A stretch of DNA of 64,000 nucleotides. Origin: Octopus sinensis. Lineage: Eukaryota. Position numbers and translations under genes: made by a program. Shown here piece after piece: positions 1 to 14,244 of the stretch. Under the pieces are notes generated by a model. That model worked only from the letters and a program-made list of their open reading frames with translations, ran no database searches and was not told where the DNA came from. The stretch is from contig NC_043014.1 of the NCBI RefSeq assembly GCF_006345805.1, positions 26,226,001 to 26,290,000 of the forward strand. Direction: 5' to 3'. Positions within the stretch are counted from its first letter, which is position 1; each line of letters opens with the position of its first letter.

Positions 1-1100
1 GGGGTTCTTGTTTTCCCAAACCTTGAGGATAAGGAGCTCAGGGCCTCCGTGCGTGGAAAACTCAAATGGAATGTTGTCTGATTCTAGAGCTTTTCCCGGC
101 TTCATGCGCTCGAACAAGGTATTGAACTCATAGGGTGAGTGCTGCAGAGAATAGTGGATGGGTAGCTGTGGGATGTTTTAGAGAAGATCGTCAGGAGTGC
201 GTAAGCAGTCGTTAATTAGGCTCTCGAAATGGGACTTCCAGGAATCGAGGATTACCTGGATGTCGGTTATCATAGAGCCAGCTGCGTTCTTCAGGTCACC
301 CACTGATGACCTTGTGGGGCCGAAGATTGCCTCATAAAAGCGACGCAAGTCTTGTTGATCTGCATAGTTTGTCATGCGTGGGGACTGCATGGATGGTGCG
401 GTCCAGCAGGTTGAAGAACGAAGCCTTGAAGTCATTTTGAGATGTGATGGTAGGGGTGTGCACAGAGATCAGCATAAGGGATCTGTTCCGAATGAGCGGG
501 ATCCGAACAGTAATCAGGCGCTCGCTGACAGCAGTTGGGTCGAGTCTGTGTTGGTCCACAAGTTTCGTTTTGATGGCAAAGCTCCAGCGACCGCGATACC
601 GTCGGCATTGAGCTTTTTATTTTATTTTTTGAGACTCAAAGTGTAGAAAGACGAACCCAATCGCTGAGTAAATTGTTTGAGGTGACCGTGGCTGCGCGAC
701 AGCCACTCGCACGCACTTGGCCAGGAACTTCTCCACTGCGGCTCAAGAATTGAGACGTGCAGTCTTGTTGAGGCTGGTTGCAGCGAAATGCCGGAGTCTA
801 TCTGAGATTTTACAAAAACAACAAAAATATTTTAAAATTTTCTTTGTCACACCTGCCCACTAGGCGTTGCCCTCTTCCACCAGAATCAATCCTTGGGGAC
901 TTAAGGTTGCCCTCCTCTGCTTGCTTTGCCGTTGGGCGTCTTGATGTTGGTGTTTGTTCGTGTTTAATCAGGGACCTCATCCTCGACCTTGTCGCCATGG
1001 CTTGCCCTACCAGGAGTCTAAGACTCCAGACAGCATCGCTCTCGGAATCATTGGAACACACAAGCTCTTCCACCACGGCAAGGGATGACCAACGGAAGAG
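1..1100 (-). mobile_element. RTE-clade LINE, 5'-complete but internally deleted (5' UTR, APE endonuclease, start of RT); runs off the window edge
   Basis: Minus-strand translations give GFAIKTKLVDQHRLDPTAVSERLITVRIPL (APE endonuclease), DLRRFYEAIFGP..ILDSWKSHFESLIN (linker) and MKPGKALESDNIPFEF..HGGPEL (RT N-terminus). The 5' end carries a TTGCCGTGGTGGAAGAGCTTGTGTGTTCCAATGA leader of the kind I recall from RTE/Rex3 elements. Confidence 0.8.
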
Positions 1101-1873
1101 GTTATATATCTTATATGCTGTTACTATATACGTTATTATCATCTTCACATTGTAACAACATAATTGATATATGGCCATATTAATAGTCAAGCACACATTC
1201 ATCACTTATTCATTTAACCTATTCATTTTCACCAAAAAATTCCGTTGTTTTATACCATCTCAAGAATCGTGTATTTCAGAATAAACTAGTTTCAACAGAA
1301 AGTGTGTATTTCGTGTTGCTCTATAAGCTTCAAAATATTTACTTAGAATATCTACGGCTCGGCTAATTATTAGATTTTGATACTGATAGATAATGTTAGC
1401 ATCATTAATTTTATTTACTTGCCAAGTAGTGTTGAATATGATAATCACGTGACTACATTAGAGATTTTGGAACGTTATCATGACAACAAGCGACAAACAG
1501 CATGTATAACAAGAAACATCAACATTATAATTAAGAACTTTGGAGAATGTCTTTCAAAACTGGTTTTATCTAGTTGTAATTGTTGTTTTTGTTGTTGTTG
1601 CTGACGTCGTTATTATTGAGATCGTTGTTGTTGACGTTATTGTTATTGTTATTGTTGTGTTGTCCCAAAGTTAGCCTTAATCGAGTAAGATATATGACCA
1701 AAGCATTCCAAGCATTTTATTTATGACAATATTTAAAGTATTATTTCATTTTTAAAGACAATAGAGAGTGCTTTCGGAGTGGTTTGTCCACATCTTAAAA
1801 AACTGAGCGATCGACGTCGAGTGGTTTTTGCTGATGTTTTGATGATGTTTCGGCTTCTGTACTTTGATCTAAC

Positions 1874-2905
1874 ATGACCCTGCTTAGTGTAGGCAGCATA
1901 AAAGCACGTGGCGTGGGGTCACCTAGGAAACACGATCATCTACTCAACAACTTCAGGTCACTAACTGTCGATGTAGAGACCATCAGTGAAACCAGACTCT
2001 CCGACCAACAAGCTTTGATGGCCATTTTCGGTGGATACCAGATATATTTATCTACATGTCAATCAGGAATGGTAGATGGAACAGTGTGGTTGATCCGGAG
2101 AGGCCGGGATCTCAAGATAAGGACTATCTAACAGGATCCAGAACTAAGTTGGTGTTTCTGGATGTGAACAGTTGTGAAGTGGGGTTATCTTTAGACTGGT
2201 GGCTGCTTATTCTCCGACAGGAGTAGGACAGCCGGATTTCTTCAGACGTTTGGAAGTTTTCTTGGGAACGTTACGAATTTTAGTGTTAGTGGGTGACTGG
2301 AACGCCGTCTTAGAGTCACATTTGGACTGTGTGGGGCTTGCGGATAAAGAAAGGGGTGGTAAAATCCTCGAAAACCTGCTCAAACAGTTCCAACTGTCTG
2401 ACAGGTATCGACTGGATTTCCTGGATGTGCCAGTGTGGACATGAACGAATCACACCGGGTCATCAAAGTTGTAACTAGACAGAGTATTCTGTAGGTCAGT
2501 AAATAAAGATAGCACAAGTTGTCCAGTTTTCAAACTGGTCGGTGACACACACCACAAAATTGTGATCTATATAGTCGACCCAGATAGGCTCAGAAGGCAG
2601 AGACCTGGTTACTGGAAGGGGAATGCGTCACTCCCAGCATGCTAAGCTTACAGAGACCGGATTAGAGGAATAGTTAAGGAAGCGTTGCCGGGAGCAATCG
2701 TAACAACAAATAGTGGTTTGTTCTGAAAAGAACAATCAGAGTAGAATCAGTTAGGTTTAGTAAGGTAGAAGAGGCGCTTAGAAAACATATTGCAACCAAC
2801 TGGTCGCGAGGTTGGCAATGGTTGCATTCTCAGAGCTAAAAGGCGTGCTCTAAGACAAGAAAGAACGAAAGCCACTCGATGGGCTAGAGTGGAAGAGACG
2901 CAACA
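1874..2905 (+). mobile_element. Tx1/L1-clade LINE fragment (APE endonuclease and linker), degenerate
   Basis: ORF pieces MTLLSVGSIKARGV..ISETRL and AAYSPTG..LVLVGDWNAVL match APE motifs. Many stops and frameshifts. Confidence 0.7.
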
Positions 2906-4168
2906 AGACTCCATTTTTTTCTAGATGTTTGTACATTGACTCTGCGAGTATTCCAGTCAATAACTTCCACATATGTGGCAAACAGGATGTCGGCCTGTAA
3001 TTGTCTACCGTATTGCCTTTTTCGATGTCTTTCAAGCACAGCACTGTCCTACCCAATGTCAACCATTCTGGTGTTACTTGGTGAGCATTTAACAAGGTGT
3101 TGAGTTGCGCAGCTATTCTTGCATGACATTCACCAATCTTTTGATCCAGTAGCCTTGAACTCCTTCTGGTTCCGGGACTTTCCAGTTGCTCATTTTTTTG
3201 CTGATTTCCTTCACTTCCCTAACTGAAATGACTTGTTCTGCCTGTTTTGGACAGACTACTGTTTGCTTCAGTTCTTGCAACCATTCAGCATCCTTCTTGT
3301 GCTCCTTGTCTTTGCTCCGGATGTCACTCCAAAACCTTTGACTTTCAATGCTATCAGGTATCAACTTTTCATCTGTACACTCTCGATTTATTTCTTCATA
3401 GGATCTCTTCTGATCTACTCTGAATACCTTCATTCTTTGGTCGTATCTTACCATCTTTGCTTTCAATTCAACCACTACTACTTTCAGGCCCTTTCTTTCA
3501 ATATTATACTACCTTTTCAGCGCTCTGTATTTTTGTTCGCTTTTAAGCTCCCTTTTCTCTTTTCGGTCTAACAGAGATTTCCTTGGAGAGCATGTCAAAC
3601 CCTGCCTGTATTCTTCGTTTCCACCATGGATCTTTTCTTTTGTATCCCCCATTATGTTTCTTTTTCTTGACATCAACACCCACATTTTCTGTTACAACAA
3701 TACTTGCTGCCTTGATCGAATTATTTGTTTCTGTGATGTTGTTTTTTCTGATGTATTTCAGAATTTCATTGACATTTTTCGTTTCTTGGTTCAGTCTCAA
3801 TCGATCAACCTTTTTAAGGTTGCAAATAATGTCGCTATCGTTCTCCTGTAGTCTTAGCTTTATTCTGTCGTAGATTGCCTTTTGTTTATCTGTCATGTCG
3901 GTATTAGTTTTATCGTCTTCTTTTAGATCAGCTATATGTCTCTTATCAAGTAAACTACCACTGCTCCTTTCCTGTGCTATGAAATTATTCTTATTAGTAA
4001 GAACTGTATTTTCATTATTATCTATGCTGCTATTGTCCACGGCCCGTCTTTTGATAGCTTCGAGCTCTATTTCTGTGAACCAACAATTTTTTCTTATTGC
4101 TCTAGCTTGATCACATAGTCTCTGTTCCGTGAGTTGAAGCAATTCCTTTTCTCTCCAATACTCCTTGG
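2905..4168 (-). mobile_element. R4/Dong-like (RLE-type) LINE fragment A: N-terminal region to start of RT
   Basis: ORFs 3543-4214 (TEQRLCDQARAIRKN..KDPWWKRRIQ), 3113-3475 ([28 protein letters not shown]) and 2850-3095 ([29 protein letters not shown]). Confidence 0.8.
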
Positions 4169-6450
4169 TCACAATGTCTGGTCGATTGGAGTCACTTTTT
4201 CTGTCTGTTTTCATTGGGAAATTTCAAAGGATGGTGACACCCTCACCATTTACTGCATCCTCCTGATGGTGCCTGTACCACTTATCATGGGATTAAATTT
4301 GGTAGTATTTACAAGCATTCCAGTGGATGTACTGCTCTAGTCTGTCGTGTCTTATGAGGTACTCCTTTTCAGCAAGGACTGGGCAACCAGAAACAACATG
4401 ATCAATTGTCTCTATGAATGTTCCGCAAATTCTGCACGTGGGTTCAGGTCCATCTTTAAGGACGTTTGCATGGTAGTTTCTGGTAGATAAGCTCTGCAAT
4501 AACAAAATCTTTTGTTTCCCCTTTCAGACCTGTCCCTTGTAACCATTGGTGTCTTAGGTCTTGATCAATATCTGGTTTGGACAGGCAGTTAGGGTATTTT
4601 CCATGTAAGAGTTTACTTTTCCAATTGTCTTCGATATTATTCATGCAAGCCTTCTTTGCTTTTTGTTTGATGTTTTTGCATCAGTGATAGGTTTGTCACT
4701 ATTTGGATCTCGTTGGTCTTTCTGACTGTTAATTTCTAAGTTAGGAGATGCAGTCGTAGGTCTGTCAGTATTTGGGTGTCTTTAGTCATTTTTATTGCTA
4801 ACTTGTAAGTCAAGAAACTTTTTAAATTTCTTACTAAGCTTCATGACTGAAGCTTGCTTGGAGTCTTCATGCTTCAGTGCAGTTCGTTAGAATACATTAC
4901 TTGTTGAATTAAGGTGCGTTTCAAGGCCTATAATTACTGATTTGAAGGATTGTTCGAGCTATATCAAGCCTCTTCCGCTTATTTTCCTTGCGAAATAAAT
5001 CCTGTCTGCATCTGATTTTGGATGGTGCATTCGGTACTTTGTAAGGATTTACTGATATTTCCATCCATATTCTGCATGTCTGTGAGACTCCACTTAATGA
5101 GACCGAAGCTATATGTAGTTACTGGTTTGACCAAAGTATTGATCGCATTAATTCTGTTAGCAGCATTAATTCTGAGTTTAGGACCATTCTTACCCTTCGG
5201 TAGTATTCCTTGCGGATTTTCACTTTTATTTTAAAGTGGTGGATACCATCACCTTCATTGGTTCTCAAATATTTGTATACTTCGTATTGGTCTAGGTTTC
5301 GAATAGCTGTGGTAGTCTCAAGTTTTCTGCTTTTATGAACTTCCCTGCCTTGAAAGTAGCCTTTTCGCATTTATCAAGTCCGAATTCCATACTTGTATCA
5401 AAGTGAATTCTTTGATAATATTCAGGGGCCCTTCTAATTCTCTGTCGTTTTTGGCAAACAGTTTTAGATTATCCATATAGAGTAGGTGATTAATTTTATG
5501 GTCAAAGATCTTATACCCGATCTTAGCATTATTCAGTTGCGTGGATAATGGGAACAGGGCGAGGCAGAATAGTAATGGCGATAATAAGTCACCTTGAAAG
5601 ATACCACAGGCAATATTGATGTCTGGTGAGATGGTATATCATTGTGTATGGTTTAAAATGAGGGTGGTTCTCCATGAATTCATGATTATTTTTAAAATGT
5701 TCCCAATTGTTGGAGCTATCTTGTAAATTTCCATGGCCGTGATGATCCATGCATGGTGGACACTGTCAAGAGCCTTCTTGTAATCTATCCAAGCAGTGCT
5801 AAGGTTTCTGCGTTTGGATTTGAAATTTTCAATGACCATTTTATCAATCAGTAATTGGTCCATATGAACTCCTTTTAAATACCTTTTGTTCCAATGGAAA
5901 TAACTTCCTAGTGTCCAAGAATTCATATGCTCTATTCGCTATTATAAATGTTAATTGTTTATATATTGTATATCCATGTTATGGATCGGTATTTTGCGGG
6001 GTTAGTAGTTTCTTCTGTTTTTGGTAAGAGGTATGTAATCCCGCCTGTAAGCCACTTTGGGGTTATCGCAAGGTTGGAGATGACATCATTGAGTGCTACG
6101 GCTATGTTATGGTGAATGCTCATTAAAGAGTTTAGCCAAAAATTTGGAATTTATCTATACCTGGGAATTTCTATTTCATTGACTCTGCGAGTGATGCTTT
6201 CACTTATTCAGTTGTTATATCCTGCCATTCTTGATATTTGAGGTAGGCATTAGCCTCTTCTATGTCCCTGACACAATATGTATTCTGATTAAACTCCCAA
6301 AAGTTATTAACATTCTGTTTTGTCTGAGGAGAGTCATTTTCTTTTAATGCCTTATAATTTATCACACTCACCGGTAAAATTTCCACTTTTTTTTATTTTT
6401 CTAAAATGTTCGTTGCGTGTTGCAACCTTTTCAGTAGTTTTGACTCTGTC
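4168..6450 (-). mobile_element. R4/Dong-like LINE fragment B: RT, CCHC knuckle and start of RLE domain; pseudogenised
   Basis: LSTAWIDYKKALDSVHH (RT), CRICGTFIETIDHVVSGCPVLAEKEYLIRHD (CCHC) and NRPDIV (start of PD-D/ExK nuclease). Many frameshifts. Confidence 0.85.
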
Positions 6451-6479
6451 CGTTATTCACACTGAGTTCTTTTTTTTTG

Positions 6480-6810
6480 TTTATGCGCATTTATGTGGGT
6501 TAGTGTGTGGGTGTGGGTGTGCATACACATGCATGTATATATGTATGTTATGTATGCATGTGTGTGTATGCATGTGTGTGTATGCATGTATGTGTGTGCA
6601 TATGTATATATGTATGTATAAGTATACGTTTGCATGTATGTATTCTGCATATTCATGTGTTTGCATGACTGTGTTCGTGTGCTTTAATGTATGTGTGCGT
6701 GTGTGTGTGTGTGTGTGTTTGTGTGTGTGTGTACCTCTGTCTCCTTCTGTATGCATGTCTGAATGTGTGTGTGTGTTTTACAACTATGTACCGTATTTGT
6801 ATGTATGAAT
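6480..6810. repeat. Compound (TG)n/(TATG)n low-complexity tract
   Basis: Visible directly in the sequence. Confidence 0.85.
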
Positions 6811-8230
6811 GTGTATCTCCATATGCATGGACGTGTGTCTCCATGTGTCCTTGTGTGAAGTAAATTGTGTGTATATGGTCATGTGTTTCAGTCTTCTTTT
6901 TTATATGTGTACGTATGTGGGCTTGTCTGTTCATATAGTCTATGTACTTGTCCGTCTGTATGTTGATCTGTTTACTTTCATATCCAAAAAAATATTTAGT
7001 AAAACATTTTAAAACTGGTATGATCAGTTTGTTGTTGCTTGGTTTCAAAGTTTGCCTTTATTGAGTAACACCTACAATCAAATGCATTCCAGTCGTTGAT
7101 ATACTGTGAATTCATCGCAGGTAATTCTTAATGGTAAACACATCACCTGGGGCATCATCACATACATTGTTGAGAATTCCGTTGTCATATCAAACACACT
7201 GTTTTTACAGTGCAAATAAAAGCACTAAATAAAGTTTAGCGATGTATTCACTTCTTTATTAGAGACGTGAATACATTGCTAAACATTTAAGCATGAATTT
7301 AGCACTGACGTGTTTGCTGTAATGATGGATTTACCTACCTTATGTTGCGAATGAAATTATAGACGATGCATTTGCTGCAAAGAGTATAAAACGAGCTCCA
7401 GGCTTGAGCAGGAGTTATATTTTAGTCACTTGTACCCAAGGCATCATCATGTCGTTCTATTTTCTTTCTTAAATATAATAGGGTTTGATCTGAAGGCGAT
7501 TTCGTTTTAAGTTACAGTAGGCTGTCTCATCTTGTACATCGCCCCATGTTTGTGCTTTGCTGAATATCAGTGATCTTGAGTTTATTGTATGGTACGAATA
7601 GTTGTTGTTGCTGCTGCTGCTATGCCTTTGTTGTTACCGTACCTTTATTCACTGTTTAGCAACCGAAGTCGACTTTGAATGAACAAACCACCGATGGAAA
7701 TCCGTAAACACCCAGGAACTCCTCTTTTCACAATTTTTCTTATAGATGACTTAGAGGGTTGAAACTGATTAGAAATCTTGCAGAAGATCTGTAAATGCTA
7801 CGAGCTGTTCCACATCTGAACTAGCCATGACTATAAAGCATATGTATCATGGTCATATTAAACCATATTTTCTCCACTCACTGGTAATCAACATCGTTCA
7901 AGTTTTTATTTTATTTTAGCTTAATTTATTCTACCTACAAATACTCACACGAGTTGAATAATTTCAATAAATACTTCAATGTTACCTGCGTTGGTAGACC
8001 TGCAAACTCCATAGGGCGTGCTAATAAAGAAAGGAAACAATCGATAAATAAAGAAACGAAACTCCATAGGGTCTGCTGCGCGTTTTCCGAAGATTTTATA
8101 TAGAAAAGAAATCGCATTGGATACAGCCACAACAACTGTTTGAGCAGCAACAGTAGAAGAAGAAAAAAAATAACAAACAATAACAGTAGCAGCAACTACT
8201 ATAACAACGACAACAGCAGCAGCAACAGCA

Positions 8231-8615
8231 TGTGGAGGCCCAATGGCCCAGTGGTTAGGGCAGCGGACTCGCGGTCGGAGGATCGCGGTTTCGATTCCCA
8301 GACCGGGCGTTGTGCGTGTTTATTGAGCGAAAACACCTAGAGCTCTACGAGGCTCCGGCAGGGGGTGGTGGCGACCCCTGTTGTACTCTTACGCGCCAAC
8401 TTTCTCTCACTCTTTCGTCCTGTTTCTTGTCCCCGACTTCCTACGCAACCGCTGAGCCTGGATGCGCATTCTTCCATCCGTCGATGCTCTCGGTGTCGGG
8501 GGTTGACCTGCTTTCTCTTCTGCGGGTCTTACGAATAGCAAAGGATCACGTTTCGAACTTCTCCCACTACATACGGGACAGAGACCGCTTCGCTCAACAA
8601 ACAAACAAACAAGCA
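8231..8615 (+). mobile_element. tRNA-derived SINE (family D)
   Basis: A box TGGCCCAGTGG and B box GGTTTCGATTCC in a tRNA-like head, followed by a unique body and an (AAAC)n tail. Confidence 0.75.
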
Positions 8616-8917
8616 ACAACAAGCAACAACTTCAGCAGTAACAACTGTAGCAGCAGGAGCAATGACGAGCAATGACAGTAATAAGATGTAGAGCATGATT
8701 AGCCATCACATGATTCTGTGTAGGATTGTTAATTCTACTTGACCTTTGTGTATAATTTGTTTTGTAGCTTATGTTAGGGTGGATACAAAATGGATAGAAA
8801 ATCAGAGATCGTTTTGCGGTCGCGCTTGTAAACTGAGAGTAGGATGAGAGGATGACAACTAGTATTAGGAGCGAGTTAGGTGTTGTAACCGAAGTCTGCT
8901 GATCGCTATACATATCG

Positions 8918-8969
8918 TGACTATCGTGCGTGACAGTATAGTTGACTATCGTGCGTGACAGTATAGTTG
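8918..8969. repeat. 25-bp tandem duplication TGACTATCGTGCGTGACAGTATAGT x2
   Basis: Exact direct repeat with units starting at 8918 and 8943. Confidence 0.9.
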
Positions 8970-9764
8970 TTGATCTAATGGCAGCAGCATTCTCGAAATG
9001 CTTTTATGTAACAAAAGACGCTTTCTTCAAGTTATTTTATTTGGAGATTAGGTGGTGTTGATGATGATGATGATGATGATGATAACGATGACAACAACGA
9101 TGGTGATGACAGCAGTGGCGGGTGTGTGTGTGTTATTGGTTATGTGCGTTTCTGTGTGTGTATATGTGTGTGTGTGTGTTGCGTGTGTGCGTGTGTGTGT
9201 GTGTGTGTGGTGTGTGTGTGTGTGCGTGTGTGTGTGTGTTGTGTGTGTGTGTGTGTGTGTGTGTGTAAAGACATTTGCGTTTACAAACGCTTTACACAGT
9301 AAAAATCGGCAACACAAAACTCTGGAAAGTAGTAGTATATAAATGAAGATTTTAATAAACATGTAAACTAAAAGGTTCCTTTTTTTTAACGATATAATCT
9401 CCCACTCCACTAATGATGGCGAGAATAAAATGCAAATCTGACTATCTCACATCCGATGATCTACAATTCAACATATACCTCCATAAGTATCGTGAATATT
9501 AATACTATACTGTCTCATGAACATCAATGCATGTACGAGCGATAAATTCCAATCCTAAATTTTCCAGAATGTCCAGTGCTTGCGCACGACCGTGCTACGG
9601 TGTAGAATAGAATATTCTGTCCTGAAGCATAACGAAGGACAAATTTAATATACATAAATGTGCGTGTGCATCTGTATGTATGTGTGTGTACGTCTGTGTG
9701 TGTGTGCACGTCTGCGTGTGTGTATCAGTGTGTGTGTGTGTGTGTGTGCGCGTGTGCATAATAA

Positions 9765-10469
<705 letters not shown>

Positions 10470-10518
10470 TATTATATTATGTTTATGCATGAAAATGTAT
10501 ATATATATTTATATGTAT

Positions 10519-10775
10519 GAGGACGCATGGACCAGTGGATGTAGGTGTTGGACTCACGGTCATGTGTTCGTGATTTTAACTCTTGGACCGGGCGGTGCGT
10601 TGTGTTCTTGAGCAAAGCACTCTATCTCACGTTGCTTTGCAATCACTTCGATACATGGTGTGCAGTACACAGTGCACTTGTTCAGACGATTTGATGGGAA
10701 GAGGAAGCTAAAGTACAGCAAAAACTTTTGATCATTATAAAGAAACCATTTGTGAGGTTATTCAGCAGGACATTC
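10519..10775 (+). mobile_element. tRNA-derived SINE (family C), degenerate
   Basis: Head GGACGCATGGACCAGTGG and core TGTGTTCTTGAGCAAAGCACT. Head and core are shared with 45926-46250. Confidence 0.6.
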
Positions 10776-10811
10776 TAGGATCGCCTTTCTCGGACTCTCA
10801 TCATCATATAA

Positions 10812-10906
10812 GTATGTATGTATGTATGTATGTATGTATGTATGTATGTATGTATGCATGTATGTATGTATGTATGTATGTATGTATGTATGTATGTATG
10901 TATGTA
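10812..10906. repeat. (TATG)n microsatellite
   Basis: Visible directly in the sequence. Confidence 0.95.
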
Positions 10907-12120
10907 TTAGTTTGTCAAGAAAGTTCTTGCGGAATTTTTAATTTTGGTTTTAAATATATTTTGCAATTAATTTTCGTTAAATTACTTTGATTTTATATAT
11001 CATTTTAAAGCCCGTTTTTCGCTCTATCTAATCGTGTTAATCTTTTTCTCTTTGAATACTTAGGTAATTTTTTCCGTAACATTGAATACAACATGGACAA
11101 AAAGAAAATTCGCATAATCTTATTCCAGTTCAAGCTAGGCCGAAAAGCTGCTGAAACAGCTCGCGATATCAACGATGCGTTCGGCTCAGGAACCACTAAT
11201 GAACGTACAGCACAATGGTGATTCAAGAAATTTCGTAGCGGTGGCGAGAGTCTTGAAGATGATAAGCGTAGTGGTCGGCCATCGGATGTTGACAACGATC
11301 AACTAAGAGCCTTAGTGGAAGCCAATCTCCGCACAACTGTTCGAGAGCTTGCTTCTGAATTAGACGTAACGTATACGACAATTTCCAACCACTTGAAAGA
11401 GATTGGAAAAACAAAAATACTTGAGAAATGGGTGCCGCACGAATCGAACGACAACCAAAAAATTTTTTAAAGCTGTTGTGAAGTGTCGTCTTCCCTTCTT
11501 CAACAAGATCGACCCGTTTCTCGACTAGATTGTGACGTGCAATGAAAAGTAGATTCTTTATGACAACCGGCGACGCTCAGCTCAGTGGTTGGACGCCGAC
11601 GAAGCACCACAGCACTTACCAAAGCCAAAGTTGCACCAAAAGAAAGTAATGTTGACTCTTTGGTGGTCTGCGGGTGGTCTCGTCCATCATAGCTTTTTGG
11701 ATCCAGGCGAAACCATTACGGCAGAGAAGTACTATCAGCAAATGGATGAAATGCATAAGAAACTCCGACAACAACAGCCAGCATTGGTGAAAAAAAAGAC
11801 CAATTCTTCTCCACGACAATACTCAGACACACGTCGCACGACTGACCCTGCAGAAGTTGAACGAATTGGGCTACGAAACTCTACCTCATTCGCCATACCC
11901 ACCAGGCCTCTCGCCTACCGACTACCACTTTTTCAAGTATCTCGACAACTTCCTGCATGAGAAATGCTTCAAAAACCAAGACGATGCCAAACACGCCTTC
12001 AACGTTGGCAAAAGTGTGTTGATTCTGATGGTGCGTATTTCGATTAATAAAGTTTTGAGCCGAGATATGTGCATCTGAATTTTAAGGTTAAAAACCGCAA
12101 GAACTTTCTTGACAACCTAA
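10907..12120 (+). mobile_element. Near full-length mariner element (Hsmar1/SETMAR-like transposase pseudogene about 11093-12047)
   Basis: TA-flanked TIRs TTAG(T/G)TTGTCAAGAAAGTTCTTGCGG. Translation gives MDKKKIRIILFQFKLGRKAAETAR..WVPHE..LPHSPYPPGLSPTDYHFF with stops and frameshifts. Confidence 0.92.
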
Positions 12121-12327
12121 TAACACATAAAATTCAAAAGGTATGAGAGGTGGATATAATACTCCTCATGAAACAATTTCATAGATTGGCTCTTCTGGAT
12201 TTCAGCTGTATGGACATTTTATTTTACGCTTCACTGTATTGAATTACTATGTGGACTGTTAACCGAGTCCGTAAGAGGAGCTTCCTGTACTAGCCGCACG
12301 ATTTTCTGAATCTTACACTAGAAATTT

Positions 12328-12406
12328 ACATACATACATACGTAAATACATACATACATACATACATGCATACATACATACATACATACATACATACATA
12401 CATACA

Positions 12407-12436
<30 letters not shown>
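12328..12436. repeat. (TACA)n microsatellite
   Basis: Visible directly in the sequence. Confidence 0.95.
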
Positions 12437-12437
<1 letters not shown>

Positions 12438-12734
12438 TGTTTACGTCCTGTCTTGAGGTGACTAAGGCCTGAAAATTGGCCAAGGTCCAACGCGTTAGTT
12501 ACTACTTACATAATAAACTTCACCTATTTATGAAACAATTATCGTCGATATTCTACCTCTTCCAATCCTTATTTTTGGTATGTTTATTCACATTCTTAGT
12601 GGCTAAACTATGGAGACAATCAGCTTACCGAAATTCCATTTAACTTCGATAAGTGAAGAAGTATTTAACTTATGCTGTTAATAACTTCCTACCCTTGGAC
12701 CTCTGGATTGTACTTACATACTGATATATACCTA

Positions 12735-13119
12735 TTTCTTTTCTTCTATCTTTTACTTGTTTTAGTCATTGGACTGCGGCCATGCTGCAGTATGATCTTG
12801 AAGGGTTTAAAGGGTTTAGTCGAACAAATCGACCCCAATAATTATTTTTCTTTAACTCTCTGGCAGTAGTTTTGGCAGTCATTTGCTGAAAAGATAGGTT
12901 ACGGGCAAGTAAACAAAACTACAACAGTTGTCAATCGGTGTGGGTGGAGAGGGACATACAGACACAAATACACGACGGGCTTCTTTCACTTTCAGTCTAT
13001 CAAATTCACACTCAAGGCTTTGGTTGGCCCGAGGTTATAGTAGCACGTATATGCCCAACATACCATGTAGTGAGATTGACCCCTATTACACGTCCTGCTT
13101 CACAATTACCTCTGCGCCT
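12735..13119 (-). mobile_element. SINE family A (tRNA-like head, internal microsatellite), degenerate copy
   Basis: Colinear with the copies at 26469, 26989, 30240 and 62176. Confidence 0.75.
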
Positions 13120-13187
13120 ATATATGTAAATTAAGCATATACACATACGCATTTACATACATATATACATACATACATGTATATATA

Positions 13188-13301
<114 letters not shown>

Positions 13302-13873
13302 TATATGTAGAAAAATACAAACTGGGACAAGAACGCAAAACATTTAGAAGACGATACAAAAAACACGAAGCCTTCAATCTTCAGTCAAGAACCGGATCAT
13401 CCTCGCAATTTCGGCTGATTAATCTTGAGATCGCTCCGATCCGGCCAGCCTCCAGGAAAAACTAAGTTACGAGCATTAGATTTCTTGGAAAAAGGATCGA
13501 ATGTATACGAAACAAGGACAGAAAAACGGACGATGCCACACGAATATAAATACAAAAAACAATAATAGTAATAACAGGACAAAAGCAGCGGGTGTCTTAC
13601 GACTTTAGACAGTTCAACGAAGCTTAGCTGGCGTATTTGGAAAAAATACCTTTTGCTGCAGACGAAGAAAACGATGTTGTCGTGGCGGTGGTCAGAAGTC
13701 GAAAGGCTAGTTGACCGGCGGTCACGTGAGAGGAGAAGAGAGAAAAAAAAGGGGGCATAGGAATCAAAGAGAGGGAGAAAAAGAGGGACAAATGCACAAA
13801 GGGGAGGGGGAGAAGAGAGAGAAAAAGGAATTAAAGAGGGGAGAAGAAAGAGAGCGTGCCAACTAAGCTACGA

Positions 13874-13912
<39 letters not shown>

Positions 13913-14203
13913 TACACAAGCATAGACTCACACGTTCACACACACACACATATGTACACTTATACACAAACGCATGTGTAATTACACACGTGCTGTTGGG
14001 GATTTCTTTTCCTTCTTTGCACTTTTCCCTTTCTTCTTTCCGACAAAGAGCTATACTCTCACTTTTCACTGAGCGCCAAGCCAAAACATTTCTTGTACAC
14101 GTCCTCTTGTTCGTTAATTTTACGCGTTTATTTGAATTGATTGTTCATTTGAATTGACTATACAGTATATGTATGTATGTAAGTATGTATAATAATAATA
14201 ATA

Positions 14204-14243
<40 letters not shown>

Positions 14244-14244
<1 letters not shown>

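Noticed and set aside
303-330. CUGAUGA followed by GAAG on +
   Set aside because: No GAAA and no stem I or III; it lies antisense within RTE coding sequence.
8231-8310. tRNA-like heads here and at 40321-40465 and 45926-45990 as tRNA genes
   Set aside because: They have imperfect cloverleaves and are attached to SINE bodies or tails, so they are treated as SINE-derived.
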